DNA of 64,000 nucleotides from Oscillospiraceae bacterium (GTDB lineage Bacteria; Bacillota; Clostridia; Oscillospirales; CAG-272), in the NCBI GenBank assembly GCA_015065455.1, contig SVQI01000002.1:92042-156041 (forward strand), in the 5' to 3' direction. How positions within the stretch are numbered: the first letter of the stretch is position 1; every line of letters begins with the position of its first letter. Below, piece by piece: positions 1 through 10,896 of the stretch. A model generated the notes under the pieces. It was not told the DNA's origin. It worked only from the letters and a program-made list of their open reading frames with translations, and did not search any database. The position numbers and the translations under genes are program-made.

Positions 1-234
1 TAAGGGAATACTATGAACCTTTTCATTAAGCAGACTTTTCATATTTTCGGATTTTTATGTTCAGTAATATAGTATTTAAGTTTCTCATAAATAGGCAGAC
101 TCTTTTTTATGCTTAGCATTACAGTTGATTATATCTAAGAACAAACTGATTAAAACCGGCAAATATATTTTACTTTGTATATTTTTTTTATTATCAGAAA
201 TAATAAATTCAAAACAAAAATAACAGGTGAATAA

Positions 235-1242
235 ATGACAAAAAGAATAATAAAATTTCAAAACCCTCCGAAAATAGTTGCAACAGCATCAGTTGCAGGC
301 AAAAGAGAAAACGAGGGTCCTTTATCAAAAAAATTTGACATAATTGACCAAGCCGACAAGTTTTCTCAAGACACCTGGGAAAAGAGCGAAAGCGAAATGC
401 AAAGACTTGCTGTAAAAAAAGTTATGGAAAAAGCTAATCTTTCCGATGACGATATCGGCGCTTTATTTGCAGGCGACCTTACAAACCAATGTGTAAGCTC
501 AAACTATGGATTGCTTGACTTTGATATTCCGTTCTTTGGACTTTACGGTGCTTGCTCAACAGCTGCAGAAAGCCTTATGCTTTCAGCATTGACTGTTGGT
601 AATAATATTTTTAACAACGCAGTTGCTGTAACCTCTTCACACAACTGTACTGCCGAGAGACAGTTCAGATACCCACTTGAATACGGCGGACAGCACACTC
701 CCACGTCACAGTGGACTGTTACAGGTTCGGGAGCATTCGTTGTTTCAAACCAAGGAAAAGGTCCTGTAATTGCCGACGTACTCCCCGGCAAAACAACAGA
801 CAGAGGAATAACCGACATAAATAATATGGGAGCCGCTATGGCGCCTGCAGCAATTAATACACTTTTAAGATACTTTAAAGAAACCGACAGCCACCCGTCA
901 GATTATGATCTTATCGCAACGGGAGACCTTGGATACGAGGGACATAGGATCGTGAAGGAACTTATGCTTGAAAACGGTTACGATATGGGAAAACAGTATC
1001 TTGACTGCGGTTTAATTATATATGATATAAAAAAACAGGATATGCACTCCGGCGGCTCGGGCTGTGGCTGTTCCGCTATTGTTTTTGCTTCACATATATA
1101 TGATGAACTTTGTTCGGGCAAACTTAATAACATTCTTTTTATCGGCACGGGAGCTTTGATGAGTCCTTCAAGCGTTCAACAAGGTCAATCTATCCCAGGT
1201 ATTGCCCATCTTCTTCACATTAAAGGCGGTGAAAACCAATGA
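235..1242 (+). CDS. spoVAD: stage V sporulation protein AD
   Basis: 335-aa ORF with thiolase-like layout and a GGSGCGCSA motif typical of SpoVAD. RBS is caGGTGaataaATG. The stop overlaps the next start (ATGA). Confidence 0.9.
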   Translation: MTKRIIKFQNPPKIVATASVAGKRENEGPLSKKFDIIDQADKFSQDTWEKSESEMQRLAVKKVMEKANLSDDDIGALFAGDLTNQCVSSNYGLLDFDIPFFGLYGACSTAAESLMLSALTVGNNIFNNAVAVTSSHNCTAERQFRYPLEYGGQHTPTSQWTVTGSGAFVVSNQGKGPVIADVLPGKTTDRGITDINNMGAAMAPAAINTLLRYFKETDSHPSDYDLIATGDLGYEGHRIVKELMLENGYDMGKQYLDCGLIIYDIKKQDMHSGGSGCGCSAIVFASHIYDELCSGKLNNILFIGTGALMSPSSVQQGQSIPGIAHLLHIKGGENQ

Positions 1243-1592
1243 GTTATATAAAGGCATTTGTTGTAGGCGGTTTATTATGTATAATAGCGCAGATTTTTAT
1301 TGATAAAACAAAGGTTAACCCTGCCAGAATCCTCGTGTCATACGTGGTTCTGGGTGTTGCATTAACTGCAATCGGCGTGTACGAACCGCTTGTTAAATTT
1401 GCAGGATGCGGCGCAACGACTCCGTTGACAGGGTTCGGATACTGTCTTGCAAAAGGAGTCGAAAAAGCAATCTCAGAAAACGGTCCTATCGGCATTATAA
1501 CAGGCGGTCTTACGGGGGCGGCTGGCGGAATAACTTGCGCTATGCTTTTCGCTTATATTGCTTCCCTTATATTTAAAGGTCACCCAAAATAA
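1239..1592 (+). CDS. spoVAE: stage V sporulation protein AE (SpoVAC/SpoVAEB family membrane protein)
   Basis: 117-aa polytopic protein with a PLTGFGY...GGLTGAAGG pattern. Translationally coupled to spoVAD. Confidence 0.85.
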   Translation: MSYIKAFVVGGLLCIIAQIFIDKTKVNPARILVSYVVLGVALTAIGVYEPLVKFAGCGATTPLTGFGYCLAKGVEKAISENGPIGIITGGLTGAAGGITCAMLFAYIASLIFKGHPK

Positions 1593-1608
1593 AATTTGCA
1601 TATAATGT

Positions 1609-1630
1609 AAAGGCGGAACATTCCGCCTTT
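1609..1630 (+). terminator. intrinsic terminator after spoVAE
   Basis: Hairpin AAAGGCGGAA-CA-TTCCGCCTTT followed by an AT-rich tail. Confidence 0.55.
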
Positions 1631-1717
1631 AATTATTATTTACTTTTATTTCCTTGACTTTTTTAGCTATAAATTGTATCATTACTACGTTAATAAAATT
1701 TATGAAGGAGACTGTGC

Positions 1718-2533
1718 ATGAATACAGCAATTAAAGAATTTATAAATAGCGTCGTTGATTTCTCCGTTGACGCTGTTATCAAACTCATCATCGTACTTAT
1801 AGTGCTCCCTATCGGACTTAAGTTGGCGAAAATTATTACAAAAAAAGTTATGAAATCCAGAGGTATGCAAAGAGTTGACAAAAGTGTTCAATCTTTTATG
1901 AATAACCTCATTATTATCGTTTTGGACGTAGTCGTTGTTGTAACGGCCGCCCTTATTCTCGGTATTCCCGCAACTTCTTTCGTTGCCCTTCTCGGTACTG
2001 CCGGTGTTGCCATCGGTCTCGCGTTGCAAGGAGCTTTCAGTAACTTCGCCGGCGGTATTATGATCCTTATTTTCCGTCCGTTTAAGGTAGGACACTACAT
2101 AGAATCGGGCGATCTGGGCGGTACGGTTCATGATATTAGCATATTCTATACCGTATTAACAACTCCCGACAACAAACATATTACAATTCCCAACGGTACT
2201 TTGATGAATTCTTCTGTAATAAACTATTCAGCAGAACCTACGAGAAGAGTTGATATCGTCTTCTCCGTACATTATGATTCAGACGTTGAAAAAGTCAAGG
2301 ATATTTTGCTTAAACAGGCTTCTTTACACGAATACACCCTCACAACCCCCGAACCATTTGCGCGTATCACGGGTTATTCGGCAAACTCCATCGATTTTGC
2401 ATTAAGAGTCTGGTGCGCAAGCGAAAACTATTGGGATCTCAAGTTTGACCTTACCGAAAGTATCAAAAAAGAATTTGATAAAAACAACATTGTAATTCCC
2501 TATCAGCAGATCGACGTTCACCTTGATAAATAA
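1718..2533 (+). CDS. small-conductance mechanosensitive channel (MscS family)
   Basis: 271 aa with three N-terminal TM helices, then GGTVHDISIFYTVLTTPDNKHITIPNG, an MscS beta-domain pattern. Confidence 0.85.
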   Translation: MNTAIKEFINSVVDFSVDAVIKLIIVLIVLPIGLKLAKIITKKVMKSRGMQRVDKSVQSFMNNLIIIVLDVVVVVTAALILGIPATSFVALLGTAGVAIGLALQGAFSNFAGGIMILIFRPFKVGHYIESGDLGGTVHDISIFYTVLTTPDNKHITIPNGTLMNSSVINYSAEPTRRVDIVFSVHYDSDVEKVKDILLKQASLHEYTLTTPEPFARITGYSANSIDFALRVWCASENYWDLKFDLTESIKKEFDKNNIVIPYQQIDVHLDK

Positions 2534-2539
2534 ATTTTT

Positions 2540-2572
2540 GCGCTCTCTTGTTTTGAGGGCGCTTTTCTTTTT
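2540..2572 (+). terminator. intrinsic terminator after the mscS-like gene
   Basis: Hairpin GCGCTCTC/GAGGGCGC (8 bp) followed by TTTTCTTTTT. Confidence 0.75.
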
Positions 2573-2649
2573 ATTCACAACATAAAACATGAAGTATATA
2601 AAACACATTTTTTGTTTTTATTTTATTCTCAAATTATTTGTAATACACC

Positions 2650-2678
2650 TTGACATTTTTTAGGGATTAGTGTAAAAT
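2650..2678 (+). promoter_or_regulatory. sigma-A type promoter for guaB
   Basis: TTGACA (2650-2655), 17-nt spacer, TAAAAT (2673-2678) with TG immediately upstream. Confidence 0.65.
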
Positions 2679-2722
2679 TAATAGATAATAGAAGATAATT
2701 TTTGAATTAAGAAAACAATTAA

Positions 2723-4216
<1,494 letters not shown>

Positions 4217-4222
4217 TTTTTC

Positions 4223-4253
4223 AGGGATATGCAAAAATGCATATCCCTTTTTT
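4223..4253 (+). terminator. intrinsic terminator after guaB
   Basis: Hairpin AGGGATATGCA-AAA-TGCATATCCCT followed by a T6 run. Confidence 0.85.
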
Positions 4254-4378
4254 GTTGTTTGTTTTTTGTAGTAATTATTTCTTGTATGTTTGTGTCTTAT
4301 ATTGTCATTTTTATTCGAATTAGCACTTGCTTTTATTGTTGTATAATGGTAGAATAATATTATGCGAATTGAAAGGGA

Positions 4379-5452
4379 TTGATAAATACGGATATCGAAG
4401 TAAATAATCTAAAAAAAAGACACCCTCACAAACCACAAAAAACGTGGGTAAAGGTTTTACACAGAGTATTGCTCTGTTTTATTACACTTATATTACTGTT
4501 AGTTGCCGGTCTTTACAGCGTGTGTGCCGTTGTATTTAAGGGCCCCAGCCCTGCGGCAAGAGATAAGCTTGTTACTTCAACACTGGAAATGAGCGCGGCA
4601 AAATGGGTACCCAAGCTCTTTTTTTCAAAAACAGAAATTGATGCAATTTTAAAAGCCAATTCAGTAGTTGATTCAGACGAAATAACAGACCCCGGTCTTA
4701 TTGTTATACCGCCCACTAATGATTCAAGCTCGAATAATAACGACGAATGGACTAACTACCCCGACGGCATCAGAATTGAAAACGTGAAAGGTGAGACGTT
4801 CAGAGGGTACGTTATGATAGTGCGAGATCCTTCAAAAGTGTACGTTGCAACATCAAGCGACTTTAAAAGCAACGAGCCCGGACTCAGAATATTCGAGGTG
4901 CTGAAAAGAGAGGGCGCTATTGCCGGAATAAACGCAGGAGGCTTTCCTGATCCCGGAGGTAACGGCGACGGAAGTGTCCCCCTTGGACTTACAATTTCAA
5001 AAGGTGAACTCCTCTGGGGAAACAAAAACACTGTTTACAGCGGAGTTATCGGTTTTAACAAAGACAACATTCTTATGGTAGGAAATATGTCAGGACAGCA
5101 AGCGCTTGATGCAGGCATACGCGACTGTGTCTGCTTTGGTCCTATCCTTGTTGTAAACGGAGAAGCTGCACAGCTTACAGGTTCCGGAGGCAGTCTTAAT
5201 CCCCGCACCGCAATTGGTCAACGTGCAGACGGCGCTGTCATTCTTCTCTGTGTTGACGGAAGAATGCCCGGAAGCCTTGGAGCATCTTACGCTGATCTTA
5301 TAAACGTTATGATTGAATACGGCGCGGTAAATGCAGCTAATCTTGACGGCGGTTCTTCTACTCACATGTATTACAAGAACGAGCCTATAAATATCAGTTC
5401 ATCGCTGTACGGACCGAGAAGAATGCCTACGTTTTTTATGGTAAAGGAGTAA
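4379..5452 (+). CDS. phosphodiester glycosidase family protein (NAGPA-like, membrane anchored)
   Basis: 357 aa with a TTG start and N-terminal TM helix. C-terminal GINAGGF...NPRTAIG...NLDGGSS pattern fits this family. Confidence 0.7.
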   Translation: MINTDIEVNNLKKRHPHKPQKTWVKVLHRVLLCFITLILLLVAGLYSVCAVVFKGPSPAARDKLVTSTLEMSAAKWVPKLFFSKTEIDAILKANSVVDSDEITDPGLIVIPPTNDSSSNNNDEWTNYPDGIRIENVKGETFRGYVMIVRDPSKVYVATSSDFKSNEPGLRIFEVLKREGAIAGINAGGFPDPGGNGDGSVPLGLTISKGELLWGNKNTVYSGVIGFNKDNILMVGNMSGQQALDAGIRDCVCFGPILVVNGEAAQLTGSGGSLNPRTAIGQRADGAVILLCVDGRMPGSLGASYADLINVMIEYGAVNAANLDGGSSTHMYYKNEPINISSSLYGPRRMPTFFMVKE

Positions 5453-5459
5453 CTGAACC

Positions 5460-6539
5460 ATGAAAAAAAATGTAAATATTTCTAAAATAGTTTTTTACAG
5501 CATTTATGCATTTTTTGTTCTTTTAATTATTGGCGGAATCGTATTTGTAACGGTGAAGCTGTATAATTTCCTTGACAACTATGAACGTTCTCTTGATAAA
5601 TACGAAGCAGAAGAAATATTTAATGAATATTTCTCCCCTTGCCGTTTTGATAAGCTTTACGATATGCAAGAAATTACTCTGTCTGAATTTGAAGATAAAG
5701 ACGATTTCGTATCGTATATGGAAAAGCAAATCGAAGGAAAAACTATTACTTACCGCGAAGTTCCCGCAGGTCTCGGTCAGATGAAAAAATACAGAGTATT
5801 TGCTGACAAGGTTTGTATTTCAGAATTTATACTTAAAGAAAACACTTCTCCAAAAACGCCTGAAGAAACCTGGGCTCTTGATACTGTAAACACAATATAC
5901 ACCACAAGTGAATCTGTCAAAATCAAATCATTCAAAACAAGCAAAATCACAATAAACGGAATTGAACTTAAAGAGGACTACATCACAACAGATAATATTG
6001 AAACGGAATCTTGCAAACGCGTTCCCGAAGGTGTAAACGGTATTATGTACCGCGAATATGAAGTTAATAATTTATTGTTTGCTCCCGAAATTAAGATCAC
6101 AGACAGACACGGAAACGAGGGCACTCTCGTATATGACGAAGAGCATCAAATGTTTGTTGAACAAATGAATTATGACGTCTTCACCGAGGAAATTAAAACT
6201 CTAACGCAAGACGCCGCACAAACGTATGCTAAATATATGACTCTCGACGCGAGCTTGTATAATTTCCGCAAGTACTTTGATACTAAATCCAAGATATATA
6301 AGAATATTACCACTACCGAAATTAAATGGTTTACTCCTCATATTGGGTATGAGTTCAAGGATATAGAATTCAAGGATTATTATATATACGATGAAAATAC
6401 GTTTTCAGCAAGATACGTTTGCAACCACTATTTATACAGAACAAGCGCTGAATCACGCTTATTCCCTCTTGATCTGACACTTTATTTCAAAAACATCAAC
6501 GGCACCTTTTACGTTTACGATATGATTTCAAACAAATGA
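5460..6539 (+). CDS. hypothetical membrane-anchored protein
   Basis: 359 aa with a single N-terminal TM helix. Starts 8 nt after the previous gene, so probably the same operon. No recognisable motif. Confidence 0.5.
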   Translation: MKKNVNISKIVFYSIYAFFVLLIIGGIVFVTVKLYNFLDNYERSLDKYEAEEIFNEYFSPCRFDKLYDMQEITLSEFEDKDDFVSYMEKQIEGKTITYREVPAGLGQMKKYRVFADKVCISEFILKENTSPKTPEETWALDTVNTIYTTSESVKIKSFKTSKITINGIELKEDYITTDNIETESCKRVPEGVNGIMYREYEVNNLLFAPEIKITDRHGNEGTLVYDEEHQMFVEQMNYDVFTEEIKTLTQDAAQTYAKYMTLDASLYNFRKYFDTKSKIYKNITTTEIKWFTPHIGYEFKDIEFKDYYIYDENTFSARYVCNHYLYRTSAESRLFPLDLTLYFKNINGTFYVYDMISNK

Positions 6540-6563
6540 CAAGCGTTTTTTGAAAGGAACAAT

Positions 6564-7277
6564 ATGGAAAACGAAAACTCACTCCAAAAAGAAATAGAGT
6601 TGTATCTTGAAGAAGAGGATATCGATAAAGAAAAAATAAGAAATTTTTTCGAAACCAAAATAGCTGATATCTCAAAAACAAGATTATATGAATTTACAAA
6701 GCTTATGGCTTATTACCGTTGCGCTATGATGGAGGTTGAAACAAAACTCAACGTTCTTAACGTCGAATTCAGCCTTCAGCACGACAGAAATCCCATAAAC
6801 GATATTAAAACCCGTTTAAAAAGCTTTAAAAGTATAAAGGAAAAACTTGAAAGACAAAATCTTCCCTTCAATCTTTCCTCTATTGAAAGTAATTTACACG
6901 ACATTGCAGGTGTAAGAGTTGTATGCTCGTTTCCGGACGACGTATATATGTTGGCTGATGCGTTATTAAAACAGGACGATATAACACTTGTCTCCAAAAA
7001 GGATTATATTGAAAATCCAAAACCAAACGGATACAGAAGTCTGCATATGATAATAACCGTACCTATATTCTTAGCTCACGAAAAAAAGCTTATGAAGGTC
7101 GAAATACAGCTCAGAACTATTGCTATGGATGTTTGGGCAAGTCTTGAGCACCAATTAAGATACAAAAAGAATGCTAAATTCACAAAAGAAATGGCTGACG
7201 AGTTGCTATACTGTGCAAAAATAAGTGCAGAGCTTGATGAAAAAATGGATAAGCTACGAAGCCTCACACAACCATAA
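6564..7277 (+). CDS. small alarmone synthetase (RelA/SpoT-domain GTP pyrophosphokinase, RelQ/RelP type)
   Basis: 237 aa with synthetase motifs HDIAGVRVV, GYRSLH and EIQLRTIAMDVWA. No hydrolase domain. Confidence 0.85.
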   Translation: MENENSLQKEIELYLEEEDIDKEKIRNFFETKIADISKTRLYEFTKLMAYYRCAMMEVETKLNVLNVEFSLQHDRNPINDIKTRLKSFKSIKEKLERQNLPFNLSSIESNLHDIAGVRVVCSFPDDVYMLADALLKQDDITLVSKKDYIENPKPNGYRSLHMIITVPIFLAHEKKLMKVEIQLRTIAMDVWASLEHQLRYKKNAKFTKEMADELLYCAKISAELDEKMDKLRSLTQP

Positions 7278-7287
7278 CAAAAAACAA

Positions 7288-7325
7288 ATCTTCCGTAAAA
7301 CAATTGCTTTACGGAAGATCTTTTT
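7288..7325. terminator. bidirectional intrinsic terminator
   Basis: 12-bp hairpin ATCTTCCGTAAA/TTTACGGAAGAT flanked by A-run and T-run. Sits between convergent genes. Confidence 0.8.
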
Positions 7326-7719
7326 ATTTATTATTTCCAATATCAAATCTATAAATACTATGCGAATCAATATCGACTGCAGGAAGAATAATCGGTGGCA
7401 CACCGCCATTTGCAGTAATTGTCGTAATTATAGATTTTGCGTAAGGAAAAACCTGCCTAAACGCTTCCCTGTGTATCGCGTCTTTTTCCATTCCGTTTTT
7501 ATAAGAACAAAACGCAGTTATCCTTGTACTTGCAAAAAAATCGGTTTTATTGTTTTTATCATAAACCTCGACAAAGAAATTACCTATGCATTTATTATCA
7601 TCGGTATATTTAACGTTAAATGAATATTTATTCTCCAGTGTAATCTGCGTACCTGTTTCCAGGACGTTTCTGAACTGCATCTCTTCTACCCTATACGCAT
7701 TCAAGACAACTAATGACAT
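7324..7719 (-). CDS. SecB-like chaperone family protein
   Basis: 131 aa. The C-terminal segment FRQVFPYAKSIITTITANGGVPPIILPAVDID aligns with the E. coli SecB core [30 protein letters not shown]. Confidence 0.6.
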   Translation of the reverse strand: MSLVVLNAYRVEEMQFRNVLETGTQITLENKYSFNVKYTDDNKCIGNFFVEVYDKNNKTDFFASTRITAFCSYKNGMEKDAIHREAFRQVFPYAKSIITTITANGGVPPIILPAVDIDSHSIYRFDIGNNK

Positions 7720-7790
7720 AACTTACCTCGATTTAGTTTTATATTCCATTTTAACATATACCCATCTTTTATGCAAGTATTTTACTGCAT

Positions 7791-7824
7791 AAAAAACACC
7801 TGCACATCACAAAAACATGCAGGT
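7791..7824 (-). terminator. intrinsic terminator after galE
   Basis: Minus-strand hairpin ACCTGCA/TGCAGGT followed by a T6 run. Confidence 0.7.
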
Positions 7825-7835
7825 ATTACTTCTAA

Positions 7836-8828
7836 TTATTTATAGTTCTTAACGCAGAAATTCCAAGCGCTCTTTACCATATCAACAACGTCTCTTTCTG
7901 CCTTCCAACCAAGCTCATTATAAGCCTTTGCAGGATCGGCATAACATTCAGCTATGTCACCGGGACGTCTGGGAGCAATCTTGTAAGGAACCGGCACACC
8001 GTTATGCTCTTCGAATGCTTTAACAAGCTGAAGAACCGAATATCCGTTTCCTGTTCCAAGGTTATAGATATTTACACCGTTAAGTTTATCAAGAGCCTTT
8101 AAATGACCGTCAGCAAGGTCAACAACGTGAATATAATCACGAACACCCGTTCCGTCAACAGTGTCGTAGTCATCACCAAAAACATTAAGGAAAGGAAGCT
8201 CCTTATTTGCAACCTTTACTATGTACGGCATAAGGTTGTTCGGAATTCCGTTGGGGCTTTCACCAAATGTTCCCGTCTCGTCAGCGCCGATAGGATTGAA
8301 ATATCTGAGTATCGTAACGTTCCATTCGTTATCGGATACGTAAAGATCCTGCAGTATCTGTTCTATCATAAGCTTTGTGCTTCCGTAGGGGTTTGTTGTG
8401 CTTAACGGGAAATCTTCTCTTATCGGCACCGTTTCAGGCTTTCCGTATACTGTTGCTGAAGAGCTGAACACGATTGACTTACAACCGTGAGCTGCCATTA
8501 CTTCACAAAGCGCCAAAGTTCCTTCAACGTTATTATGATAGTAGAAAATAGGCTTTGAAACTGATTCACCAACAGCCTTAAGACCTGCAAAATGAATAAC
8601 CGCATCAATCTTATGCTCTTCAAAAATCTTATTAAGACCTTCTCTGTCAAGTATATCCGTTTCATAAAATGCAACGTCTTTACCTGTTACGTTCTTGATC
8701 TTATCAACAACTTCGATCTGTGAATTGTAAAGGTTATCGCAAATTACAACCTCATATCCTGCCTTCAAAAGCAATACGACCGTATTTGATCCTATAAATC
8801 CCGTTCCGCCCGTTACAAGAATCTTCAT
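7836..8828 (-). CDS. galE: UDP-glucose 4-epimerase
   Basis: Rossmann N-terminus MKILVTGGTGFIGSN and a YGSTK catalytic motif. I start at the internal ATG 8828 (preceded by GGAGAT); the 27-codon upstream extension in the ORF track looks spurious. Confidence 0.93.
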   Translation of the reverse strand: MKILVTGGTGFIGSNTVVLLLKAGYEVVICDNLYNSQIEVVDKIKNVTGKDVAFYETDILDREGLNKIFEEHKIDAVIHFAGLKAVGESVSKPIFYYHNNVEGTLALCEVMAAHGCKSIVFSSSATVYGKPETVPIREDFPLSTTNPYGSTKLMIEQILQDLYVSDNEWNVTILRYFNPIGADETGTFGESPNGIPNNLMPYIVKVANKELPFLNVFGDDYDTVDGTGVRDYIHVVDLADGHLKALDKLNGVNIYNLGTGNGYSVLQLVKAFEEHNGVPVPYKIAPRRPGDIAECYADPAKAYNELGWKAERDVVDMVKSAWNFCVKNYK

Positions 8829-8911
8829 ATTCCTATATCTCCTTTTGTTTTTAATAAAGACAAAACAACGGTATTTCCCAAAACAAGAAATACCGCGCTT
8901 TTTAAACAAAC

Positions 8912-9190
8912 TTATTCAGCATAAACACTTGCGTATTTTCTGCCCTGTGCTTTCTTTTCAAATTTAACTTTTCCGCTAACCTTTGCAAACAAAGTATCAT
9001 CTGTACCAATGCCAACATTAACGCCGGGACGAATGTGTGTTCCTCTCTGACGTACAATAATGCTGCCTGCTGTTACAGTCTGACCGTCAGCTGCCTTTAC
9101 ACCAAGTCTTTTGGACTCACTGTCTCTACCGTTCTTGGTTGAGCCGACACCTTTTTTGTGTGCGAAGAACTGCAAACTGATTCTCAACAT
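8912..9190 (-). CDS. rpmA: 50S ribosomal protein L27 with N-terminal propeptide
   Basis: [24 protein letters not shown]. This is the Firmicute-type propeptide removed by Prp. Confidence 0.97.
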   Translation of the reverse strand: MLRISLQFFAHKKGVGSTKNGRDSESKRLGVKAADGQTVTAGSIIVRQRGTHIRPGVNVGIGTDDTLFAKVSGKVKFEKKAQGRKYASVYAE

Positions 9191-9214
9191 TTTTCTTTAC
9201 ACCTCTTTTTGATG

Positions 9215-9565
9215 TTATTCTTCTTGTTCTGATACATCGAGATAATCGTAATATTCTTCAAGCATATCGTTTAACTGTAAAAAATATGCTTCAATCAAAC
9301 CGGATATCGCAAAGCGTTTTCTTTCATCTGCCTCAAACTCGGGCAAAGCACCCCTTGCAACCACCTTTATATCGGTAGTATCCTCGTTGATCGTGTATTC
9401 AACATCCGATGCGTACGCAACCTCGATAGCATTTATTATGAGCATCGTCATCGCAGATACAGCCGAGCAAACTATATCGTCTCCCGCTTCTGCATATCCC
9501 GCGTGACCTTTTTCCTCAAACCCGTAATAAACTCCATCTCGTTTGAAAAAAGTAAACTTAATCAT
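9215..9565 (-). CDS. prp: ribosomal-processing cysteine protease Prp
   Basis: 116 aa located between rplU and rpmA, with GHAGYA and DIVCSAVS motifs (His/Cys dyad). Confidence 0.9.
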   Translation of the reverse strand: MIKFTFFKRDGVYYGFEEKGHAGYAEAGDDIVCSAVSAMTMLIINAIEVAYASDVEYTINEDTTDIKVVARGALPEFEADERKRFAISGLIEAYFLQLNDMLEEYYDYLDVSEQEE

Positions 9566-9568
9566 GCC

Positions 9569-9880
9569 TTAGCCGTTGATCTTTTCAATCTGTACCTTAG
9601 TGTAAGGCTGTCTGTGACCTTTTTTCTTCTTCTCGTTCTTCTTGGGTTTGTATGTCATAACGAGAATCTTCTTGCCCTTGCCGGACTTAATGACATTGGC
9701 AGTAACTGCGGCACCCTCAACGTAAGGAGCGCCAACTGTTGTCTTTTCACCGTCAGACAAAGCCATTACTTTATCAAAAGTAACTTTTTCTCCGTCTTCA
9801 ACACCAAGTTTTTCAATGAAAAGGATATCACCTTCTGTGACCTTATACTGCTTTCCGCCTGTTTCGATTACTGCAAACAC
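9569..9880 (-). CDS. rplU: 50S ribosomal protein L21
   Basis: [14 protein letters not shown]-terminus. GTG at 9880 has a better spaced RBS (GAGAGGTG) than the GTG at 9889 used by the ORF track. Confidence 0.95.
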   Translation of the reverse strand: MFAVIETGGKQYKVTEGDILFIEKLGVEDGEKVTFDKVMALSDGEKTTVGAPYVEGAAVTANVIKSGKGKKILVMTYKPKKNEKKKKGHRQPYTKVQIEKING

Positions 9881-9969
9881 GAAAAGCACCTCTCTTCCTT
9901 TTTAATCTCGCTAATATGGGTAAATTCTTACGTTAAATAAGCATTTTTTGAGACCCATACATTATGCGG
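9881..9969 (-). promoter_or_regulatory. rplU 5' leader with long hairpin (possible L21-leader-type element)
   Basis: About 90-nt leader containing AATGTATGGGT...ACCCATATT pairing between promoter and RBS. The class assignment is not verified. Confidence 0.35.
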
Positions 9970-9975
9970 CAGTAT

Positions 9976-10005
9976 ATTATAGCACTTATTCCCTTTATTT
10001 GTCAA
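9976..10005 (-). promoter_or_regulatory. strong sigma-A promoter for rplU-prp-rpmA
   Basis: On the minus strand: TTGACA, 18-nt spacer, TGcTATAAT (extended -10). Confidence 0.7.
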
Positions 10006-10044
10006 GCCTTTTTAGCGAAATAAATACAATAATAATATAAATAA

Positions 10045-10896
10045 TTATTTAAGCTTTTTCTTTGCTGCAGAAAGAGTATTCTGAAGCAGCATTACTCTCG
10101 TCATAGGCCCTACTCCACCGGGAACAGGAGTAATATACGAAGCCTTCTTTTCAGCCGATTCGTAGTCAACGTCGCCACATAATTTTCCGTTTTCGTCTCT
10201 GCACATACCGACGTCAATTACAACGGCGCCTTCTTTTATCATATCACCCGTAACATACTTCGCTCTACCTATTGCAACAACAAGTATATCAGCTGAACGG
10301 CAGATCTCATCAAGATTTTTCGTCTTGCTGTGACAAACGGTTACAGTTCCATTTTTGTGAAGAAGCATCATAGCCTGAGGCTTTCCTACAATATTGCTTC
10401 TTCCTATAACAACGCAGTTTTTACCCGAAACCTCTATATTACTTCTTTCAAGGAGCGCCATAACGCCTGCAGGAGTACAAGGCAATAATTCGTAATCGCC
10501 TATCATTATCTTTCCGACATTGTAAGGATGGAAAGCGTCAACGTCCTTGTTTACGTCTATATTGTTTATGATAAGATCCGAATCAAGATGCTTAGGCAAC
10601 GGCAACTGAACTATAATTCCATGTACGCTGTCGTCATTGTTAAGCTTATGTACAAGCGCCAAAAGCTCTTCTTCGGTCGTGTTTTCGGGAAGCGCATGAA
10701 CTATTGAATTTATACCCGTTTCATCACAGTCCTTTTTCTTATTTCTTACGTAAACCTGAGATGCAGGATCTTCCCCAACTATAATCACCGCAAGTCCGGG
10801 AACAACTCCTTTTTCTTGCTTTATTTTCTCGACCTCTGCAGAAATCTCCTGTCTGATTGCCGCCGATATAGCTTTTCCATCAATTATCTTTGCCAT
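10045..10896 (-). CDS. folD: bifunctional methylenetetrahydrofolate dehydrogenase/cyclohydrolase
   Basis: 283 aa with GRSNIVGKPQAMMLL and PVPGGVGPMT motifs. Confidence 0.95.
   Translation of the reverse strand: MAKIIDGKAISAAIRQEISAEVEKIKQEKGVVPGLAVIIVGEDPASQVYVRNKKKDCDETGINSIVHALPENTTEEELLALVHKLNNDDSVHGIIVQLPLPKHLDSDLIINNIDVNKDVDAFHPYNVGKIMIGDYELLPCTPAGVMALLERSNIEVSGKNCVVIGRSNIVGKPQAMMLLHKNGTVTVCHSKTKNLDEICRSADILVVAIGRAKYVTGDMIKEGAVVIDVGMCRDENGKLCGDVDYESAEKKASYITPVPGGVGPMTRVMLLQNTLSAAKKKLK

Noticed and set aside
1-42. Possible 5' end of a minus-strand gene (MKSLLNEKVHSIPL...) running off the left edge.
   Set aside because: Only 14 codons are visible, which is too little to support a feature call.
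8829-8909. 27-codon upstream extension of galE. A similar extension precedes the hypothetical gene at 57084-57158.
   Set aside because: The galE Rossmann N-terminus starts at the internal ATG, which has its own RBS. The 57084 extension overlaps the strong terminator hairpin of the lrp-like gene.
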